NCBI GenBank assembly: GCA_963727445.1
Contig: CAVSGI010000015.1
Coordinates: 160,001-224,000, forward strand
From: an uncultured delta proteobacterium
GTDB taxonomy: Bacteria > Myxococcota_A > Polyangia > Polyangiales > B10-G4
Length of the DNA: 64,000 bases
Direction: 5' to 3'
Part shown: one piece after another, positions 58,354 to 64,000 of the stretch
Layout of the letters: the number at the start of each line of letters is the position of its first letter
Position numbering within the stretch: the stretch's first letter is position 1
Translations under genes and position numbers: made by a program
The notes under the pieces: model-generated
The model's database searches: none
The model's input: the letters and a program-made list of their open reading frames with translations, nothing else
Told to the model about the DNA's origin: nothing

Positions 58354-59526
58354 TCAGGCGAGGGATGGCCTCGAGCTCACGACGAGCTCGGAGGGCGCGT
58401 CAGGGAGCTGCTCGGCGTAGAGGCGGGTGCCGGCGCTGACGCGAATGCGGTGGCCGCGCCAGGTGACGTGGCGTCGCAAGGGCGCGATCTGCCATAGCGC
58501 CATCGCGATCAGCTCGCGGGGGATGGACAACAGGAGCGCGCGGCCGAGACCGGCTCGGCCGCGGAGGGAGAGCCAGCCGAGGGCGTCGCGACCGAGCGTG
58601 GCGAGGACGGCCACGGCGAGGGCCGGCGCGAGGGGCACTCCGAAGAGCGGCGCCATGCCGGCGACAGCCAGCGGGCGGGTGAGCGGCTCGAGGGAGAAGG
58701 CCACCGGCGACAGGCGCGCGCGCATCATCGACCAGCGCAGATGCCGTCGCGCGAACGCGCGCACGCTGCCGGCGCGGTTGATGCTGGCAATGGGCGTCGG
58801 GGCGAGCGCGATGCGATAGCCAGCCTCGTGAAACATGCGGCCGACGACGTAGTCCTCGGCGAGCACCGAGGCGACGGACTCGAAGCCGCCGAGTCGCTCG
58901 AAGGTGCTGAGCCGGAACGCCATCGACTTGCCGATCACCATCGGATGAATCCCGAGCCCGGTGCCGATCGCGCACGCTGACGCGATCTCGCCGTTGAGCG
59001 TGAGGGCGTCGAAGGTCGCGCCCACGCTCTCGTCGCCGGTGCCACAGACGAAGGAGGTCACGAGGCCCACGCGATGCTCGCCCAGGCGCGCGACCATCTC
59101 GCGCGCGTAGGCCGGATGCGCCGAGGTGTTGGCGTCGCTGATGATCAGCGTGTCGTAACGCGCGGCGCTGAGCATGGCGCGGAGGTTGTCGACCTTGGGG
59201 TTGAGGCCGCGCCCGCCATCGTGCTCGACGAAGGCGACATCGACGGCGGGATGACGCGCTGCCACGCCGCGGGCGATGGCGAGAGCCGGGTCGCCGGCGC
59301 GCGCGCCGAAGACGAGCTGAAAGCGCGGATGGTTCTGAACGAAGAAGGTCTCGAGGAGCGACGCGAGATCGTCGTCGGCCCCCGCGAGGGGCTTGAGAAT
59401 CGTGACCGGCGCGCGCGCGACCTCGGTCACCTTCTCCGATCGGATCGCCCACAGGGTGTGGGCGGCGAGGGCGATCCACACGAGCCCGATCAGAGAGACG
59501 AAAGCGAATGCGATCACGGCCATCAC
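58354..59526 (-). CDS. Ceramide-glucosyltransferase-like (GT21/HpnI-like) glycosyltransferase
   Basis: VTILKPLAG.D, GLNPKV.NL, IISDAN, LAEDY..G, RHLRW, VTWRG. Confidence 0.88.
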   Translation of the reverse strand: MMAVIAFAFVSLIGLVWIALAAHTLWAIRSEKVTEVARAPVTILKPLAGADDDLASLLETFFVQNHPRFQLVFGARAGDPALAIARGVAARHPAVDVAFVEHDGGRGLNPKVDNLRAMLSAARYDTLIISDANTSAHPAYAREMVARLGEHRVGLVTSFVCGTGDESVGATFDALTLNGEIASACAIGTGLGIHPMVIGKSMAFRLSTFERLGGFESVASVLAEDYVVGRMFHEAGYRIALAPTPIASINRAGSVRAFARRHLRWSMMRARLSPVAFSLEPLTRPLAVAGMAPLFGVPLAPALAVAVLATLGRDALGWLSLRGRAGLGRALLLSIPRELIAMALWQIAPLRRHVTWRGHRIRVSAGTRLYAEQLPDAPSELVVSSRPSLA

Positions 59527-59685
59527 TACCTCCAGCGGCGGGCTTCGATGCGCCCGCGCCCCGAAGAGAGCCGGATTCGTGCCAGGGCTCGGCGGCTGAA
59601 AATCATTGCTGAATGCTCCTGTGGGTGCGAAGAGGAGGTGGCGATTCGGTCAATTCCGGCCGCGTAGCCGGTTTTACAGCCGAGG

Positions 59686-60573
59686 GTGGGAGTCATCTCC
59701 ACGAGCCAGCAAAGACGCGGTGCGGCCCTCGCGCTCACGGCGGCGGTGGTGGCGATCTCCTTCGCCGCGATCTTCTTCCGCAAGGCCGCGCCGACCCATC
59801 CGCTGGTGATGGCGGGGGTGCGGCTCGCGATCGCCTCCGTGATCCTCGCGCCTTTCACCCTGCGCGGCCTCAGACGCGGAACGTTCACGCGCCCGATGGC
59901 GGTCTCCGGCGTCTTCGGCGGCCTCGCCTACGCGGCGCACTTCGGCATGTGGGTGAGCTCGCTCTCCCTCACCTCCGTCGCCGCCTCGGTGACGCTGGTG
60001 ACGGCGACGCCGCTCCTGCTCGCGGTGGTCGCGCTCGCGACCGGCCGCGATCGCCCCGACGGGAAGCACTTCGCCTCGATCGCCCTCGCCATCGCGGGCC
60101 TCCTGCTCATCGGCGGCGCGGACTTCTCGAGTCGCGACGCGCTCATCGGCGACGCCCTGGCCTTCGCGGGCGCGGCGGCGATGGCCGGCTACATGCTCAT
60201 CGTTCGGCGACACGGGGAGGCCCTCGACGTCTGGGCCTTCTCCGGCGTCACCACCAGCGTCGGCGCGCTCACGCTCCTGGCTTGCGCCGCGGGCGCCGGC
60301 ATCCCCATCGTGATCCCGACGGTGGAGGCCGGCGTCTACATCGCCCTCGCCGCGCTGGTCCCGCAGATCATCGGCCACACCGGATTGACGTGGGCCCTTC
60401 GCCACACGCGGCCCACCGTCGTGGGCATCGCCACCGTCGGAGAGCCCGTGGGATCGACGATCCTCGCCGCTCTCTGGCTCGGCGAGCGCGCCGGCCCGGC
60501 GACCCTCGTCGGCTGCGCCATCGTCCTGGTCGCGGTCGTGGTCGCGGTGTACGAGCCGCGAAAGCGGAGCTGA
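59686..60573 (+). CDS. DMT/EamA-family transporter
   Basis: Ten TM segments; AHFGMWVSSLSLTSVA, PQIIGHT, GEPVGST. Confidence 0.9.
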   Translation: MGVISTSQQRRGAALALTAAVVAISFAAIFFRKAAPTHPLVMAGVRLAIASVILAPFTLRGLRRGTFTRPMAVSGVFGGLAYAAHFGMWVSSLSLTSVAASVTLVTATPLLLAVVALATGRDRPDGKHFASIALAIAGLLLIGGADFSSRDALIGDALAFAGAAAMAGYMLIVRRHGEALDVWAFSGVTTSVGALTLLACAAGAGIPIVIPTVEAGVYIALAALVPQIIGHTGLTWALRHTRPTVVGIATVGEPVGSTILAALWLGERAGPATLVGCAIVLVAVVVAVYEPRKRS

Positions 60574-60577
60574 TGGC

Positions 60578-61525
60578 TCAGAAACGGAAGCGGGCCGAAG
60601 CCGCGCATCCGTCGCCGGTGCAGGCGAAGCCGAGGCTCGTGTCCTCTTCCTCGTCTGCGCTACCGACCCCGAGCGCCAGGAGCACGGCGCCGACCGCGAC
60701 GGTCGCGAGGCCGCCGAAGAGCATGATGTCGGTGACGGTGGCGAGGGTCCGACCGCTGTCGCGCGCCGACTCGAAGCCGGGCGCGCACGCCCCGTCCGCG
60801 GTGCACATGTCGTCGAGCTCGCCCTTCTTCCCGAGCGCCATGACGCCAGTGATGACCGAGACCACCACCAGCGCACCACCCGCGCCCATGACGATGATCG
60901 GCACGAGAGGAACGCCGCCCCCTTCTTCTTCTTCTTCGTCCACGAGCGCCTGATCGCTGGTGTCGACCCCGGTCTGTGTTCCGTCGTCGAGCCCCCCGGT
61001 CGGCGTCGTGGTCGTCGTGTCCCGACCGGTCTCGGTGCCGGTCTGGTTCTCGGTCGTCGTCTGCGTCGGGGTGCTCGTCGTCGAGCTCTGGGACTGCGTC
61101 GCCGCGGCCGCGCGCTGCTGCTCGAGCCGGCGCTCCATGCCCTCGAGCTGGGCTTCGAGGCGGATGCGCGTGTCGCTGGGCGGGCTTCCCTCCGAGAGAT
61201 AGGCGCGGAGCGCCTCTACGGCATGGCCGAGCTCACTCGCATCGCGCCAGGCGAGGAAGAGGTTGTACAGGAGCGTGGGGCGGTGCGAGAGGTCGTACGC
61301 CTGTTGGTACTCGCCCGCCGCCTCCGCGAAGCGACCGCTCTCGTAGTAAGCGGTGCCGAGTCGGAAATGGACGCGCGCTTCTTCGTCGTTGTCGGCGCCG
61401 GACTCCTCCTCGTCACCGTCTTGTGCACACACCACGGACGGCGCGGCGACGACGCACGCGGCGAGGACGAGCATCAGCAGCGCATGGAACGTCGACATTC
61501 GGTTCTTCATCGCGTGCTCCGTCAT
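60578..61525 (-). CDS. Secreted TPR protein with C-terminal membrane segments
   Basis: Signal peptide; ARVHFRLG..YY..GRFAEA..EY..AY..LLYNL; Thr-rich linker; C-terminal hydrophobic segments. Confidence 0.8.
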   Translation of the reverse strand: MTEHAMKNRMSTFHALLMLVLAACVVAAPSVVCAQDGDEEESGADNDEEARVHFRLGTAYYESGRFAEAAGEYQQAYDLSHRPTLLYNLFLAWRDASELGHAVEALRAYLSEGSPPSDTRIRLEAQLEGMERRLEQQRAAAATQSQSSTTSTPTQTTTENQTGTETGRDTTTTTPTGGLDDGTQTGVDTSDQALVDEEEEEGGGVPLVPIIVMGAGGALVVVSVITGVMALGKKGELDDMCTADGACAPGFESARDSGRTLATVTDIMLFGGLATVAVGAVLLALGVGSADEEEDTSLGFACTGDGCAASARFRF

Positions 61526-63921
61526 GGTGGCGGTGGGATGTTGACGACGGCGGTCGGCATGTCGCGCGTCGCGGTGAAGCCATCACCGATCGTGCCGCCG
61601 ATACCACTCCCCCAGCAGAAGAGCTGGTTCGAGAGATCCAGCGCGCAGGAGTGAAAGCGGCCGGCATCCAACATGCGGTAGTCGTAGCCGATCTGGTAGG
61701 GCACCGTCATGTCCGTGGTCATGCCGTTGCCCACCTGCCTGGAGGAGTTGTCTCCCCAGCAATGGATCGTGTTGGCCGTGGTGTGCGCGCAGGTGTGCTG
61801 ATAACCGGCCGACACGTCGTCGAAGGTTATCCCCCCGGCCACCGAGGCGACCACCGGCGTACTGCTGGCCACGAGGGAGCCGTTGCCCAGCTGTCCGTGC
61901 ATGTTGTCCCCAAAGCACCGGACGTCGCCGGCCGTACGAACGGCGCACGTGTGAAAGGCACCAGCGCTCACGCCGATCGCGCCGGTCACCATGCTCGTCT
62001 GCGGCGTGGTGAAGTAGATGGTGGTGTTGCCGAGGCCCAGCTGGCCCTGGGCGTTGTGGCCCCAACACGCGACGGCGCCACCGGTGGTGACGATGCACGC
62101 GTGCTGGCGGCCTACCGACAGGTCCATGGCTCGGAGGCTGCCGAGGCTCACGTTGACCGGGGTGTTGCTGGATGCGGTGGTGCCGTTGCCGAGCTGACCG
62201 AAACCGTTGTTGCCCCAGCACTGGACGAGGCCGGCCGAGGTGCGGCCACAGGAGAAGTTGTCCCCCGCGCCCACCTGCACCATGCGAGCCCCGCTCGGGC
62301 CGGTGCCCATGACGTGGACCGGCATGTTGGTCATCCCCGACGCGGTGCCGTCGCCGAGCTTTCCATCGGTGCCGTCACCCCAACACCAGGCCGAGTTGTC
62401 CCCACGCACCGCGCAGGTGTGCGCGCGGCCCGACGACACGTCCGTGACCATGCCGATCATCACGCGGGTAGGACGCGGCCTCTGAGTGTAGGTGCCGTCA
62501 CCGATCTGCCCGTTCGCGTTCGCACCCCAACAAACCAGGTTGCCATTCGACTGAATCGCGCAACTTCCGCCGCCCGCGTCAACCCGCGTCGCCTCGTTGC
62601 ACGTGCCCATGGCGCACTCGAGGTTGCAGGTATTGCCGCAGGAGCCGCAGTCGAGCAGGCTCATCATCAGCGGCGTCTCGCAACCGTTCGACAGATCCCC
62701 GTCGCAGTTGTCGAAGCCGACGTTGCAGCCCGCGATGGTGCACATGCCGCTCGTGCACCCCGGCATGCCGTTCATGACCGTGCACGTTCGGGTGCACGAC
62801 CCGCAGCTCACCGGGCGGGTGATGTCCACCTCGCAGCCCGTCGTCGGATCGCCGTCGCAGTCCGCGAAGCCGGCGTTGCAGCGGATCCCGCAGCTGCCAC
62901 CCGAACAGGTGCGGCTCGACATCGGTCCGCCGGGGCAGACGTTGCCGCAGGAGCCGCAGTTGTCGAGGTGCGTGTTCACGTCGACGCAGGCGCCGGAGCA
63001 GAGCATGTCTGTGGAGGTCGCGCAGCCGGTGTCGCAGGTGCCGCCGGAGCATACCGGCGCGTCCATCGGGCAGACCGCACCGCAGCCTCCACAGGTCGCC
63101 GGCGACGTCGAATCCGCCTCACAACCGTTCGAGCGGTCTCCGTCGCAGTCGTCGTAGCCCATGTCGCAGGCAGCGAGGACGCAGGACCCGGTATCGCAAA
63201 CGGCGATGCCGTTGGGAAAGTCGCAGACGTTACCGCAGGTGCCGCAGCTCGCTGGCGAGCTCAAGTCGGCCTCGCAACCGTTCGACGGGTCCCCGTCGCA
63301 GTCGCCGCGGCCCATATCACAATCGGACCCACAGACGCCGCCGGAGCAGCTGGGCGTCGAGCCCATCGGGTCGGGGCAGGCGTTACGGCACATCCCGCAG
63401 TGGTTGATGCTGGTGCTCACGTCGACACACGAGCCGTCACATTCCGTCAGGCCGGCGCTGCAGCTGGAAACGCAATCTCCGCCGTCGCAGAGGAGCCCGG
63501 TGTCGCATGCGTTGCCACAGCTGCCGCAGCTCTCGGGCCGGGTGAGGTCGGCCTCGCAGCCGTTGGACGCGTCCCCGTCACAGTCGCCGAAGTCGGCGTC
63601 ACAGGTGACGCCGCAGGCGCCGGAGGTGCACGCCGCGGTTCCGTGTGAAGGGTCGGCGCAAGTGTTTTCGCAGCGGCCGCAGTTGGCCGGATCGGTGTCG
63701 AGGTCGAAGTCCTCGTCCACCATGCCGTCGCAATCGTCGTCGGCGCCGTTGCAGGTCTCGGCCGTCGCGCCGCAGTCGCCGCCGCCGTCACCGGCGCTGG
63801 CGTCGGCGTCGATGCTCGCGTCGCCGGCCGCGTGATAGCGGCCGAAATCGGTGACCGCCGAGCAGCCGGCGAGCCAGACCACCGCCAGAGCCAATGTCCA
63901 AGGACTCGTCGTGTTGAGCAT
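61522..63921 (-). CDS. Lipoprotein with Cys-rich (MopE/Stig1-like) repeats and an RCC1/BLIP-II propeller
   Basis: Lipobox LAGC; ETCNGADDDCDG.VDE; DCDGD.SNGCE repeats; repeated HTCA...CWG.N..GQLG.G. Confidence 0.9.
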   Translation of the reverse strand: MLNTTSPWTLALAVVWLAGCSAVTDFGRYHAAGDASIDADASAGDGGGDCGATAETCNGADDDCDGMVDEDFDLDTDPANCGRCENTCADPSHGTAACTSGACGVTCDADFGDCDGDASNGCEADLTRPESCGSCGNACDTGLLCDGGDCVSSCSAGLTECDGSCVDVSTSINHCGMCRNACPDPMGSTPSCSGGVCGSDCDMGRGDCDGDPSNGCEADLSSPASCGTCGNVCDFPNGIAVCDTGSCVLAACDMGYDDCDGDRSNGCEADSTSPATCGGCGAVCPMDAPVCSGGTCDTGCATSTDMLCSGACVDVNTHLDNCGSCGNVCPGGPMSSRTCSGGSCGIRCNAGFADCDGDPTTGCEVDITRPVSCGSCTRTCTVMNGMPGCTSGMCTIAGCNVGFDNCDGDLSNGCETPLMMSLLDCGSCGNTCNLECAMGTCNEATRVDAGGGSCAIQSNGNLVCWGANANGQIGDGTYTQRPRPTRVMIGMVTDVSSGRAHTCAVRGDNSAWCWGDGTDGKLGDGTASGMTNMPVHVMGTGPSGARMVQVGAGDNFSCGRTSAGLVQCWGNNGFGQLGNGTTASSNTPVNVSLGSLRAMDLSVGRQHACIVTTGGAVACWGHNAQGQLGLGNTTIYFTTPQTSMVTGAIGVSAGAFHTCAVRTAGDVRCFGDNMHGQLGNGSLVASSTPVVASVAGGITFDDVSAGYQHTCAHTTANTIHCWGDNSSRQVGNGMTTDMTVPYQIGYDYRMLDAGRFHSCALDLSNQLFCWGSGIGGTIGDGFTATRDMPTAVVNIPPPP

Positions 63922-64000
63922 CTCCCCTTCCCGCGAAGCTAGGTGGCGCCATCCTACCCCGATTCCTCGGGATTAACGAACTGTGACAATCCCCGGATGG

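Overview
High-GC bacterial chromosome segment. Its content (many Ser/Thr kinases, VWA lipoproteins, Cys-rich surface repeats, a MYXO-CTERM-like tail, PEGA/TPR proteins) points to Myxococcota, probably Polyangiales/Sandaracinaceae-like; this is inference. About 50 genes can be supported. Housekeeping genes are ychF, rimO, aspS, a YfhL-type ferredoxin and yggU. Envelope and glycosylation genes, a TonB-dependent receptor operon and a Crp plus cyclic-nucleotide phosphodiesterase pair are also present. Three patches (about 14.2-16.6, 22.8-24.5 and 56.1-56.8 kb) carry multiple frameshifts, even in aspS, which most likely reflects long-read indel errors. The most interesting signals are: (1) an ECF sigma/Ser-Thr kinase pair with Ser in place of the DAED acidic residue, divergent from a secreted caspase-like protease; (2) a 211-bp multi-hairpin repeat family (about 3.9 tandem copies plus one dispersed copy) with compensatory stem changes and cGNAg triloops; (3) a candidate sigma54-driven structured small RNA with a terminator; (4) a compositionally distinct ABC-ATPase plus TOPRIM-like (DUF4276-like) candidate defence pair; (5) a GHKL-ATPase/HExxH peptidase fusion; (6) an ECF-sigma/zinc-finger anti-sigma fusion; (7) a SodC lacking two Zn ligands; (8) two GGGGAC-terminated inverted-repeat elements. 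I saw no CRISPR array, rRNA, tRNA or transposase. All family calls come from motif recognition by eye; no searches were run.
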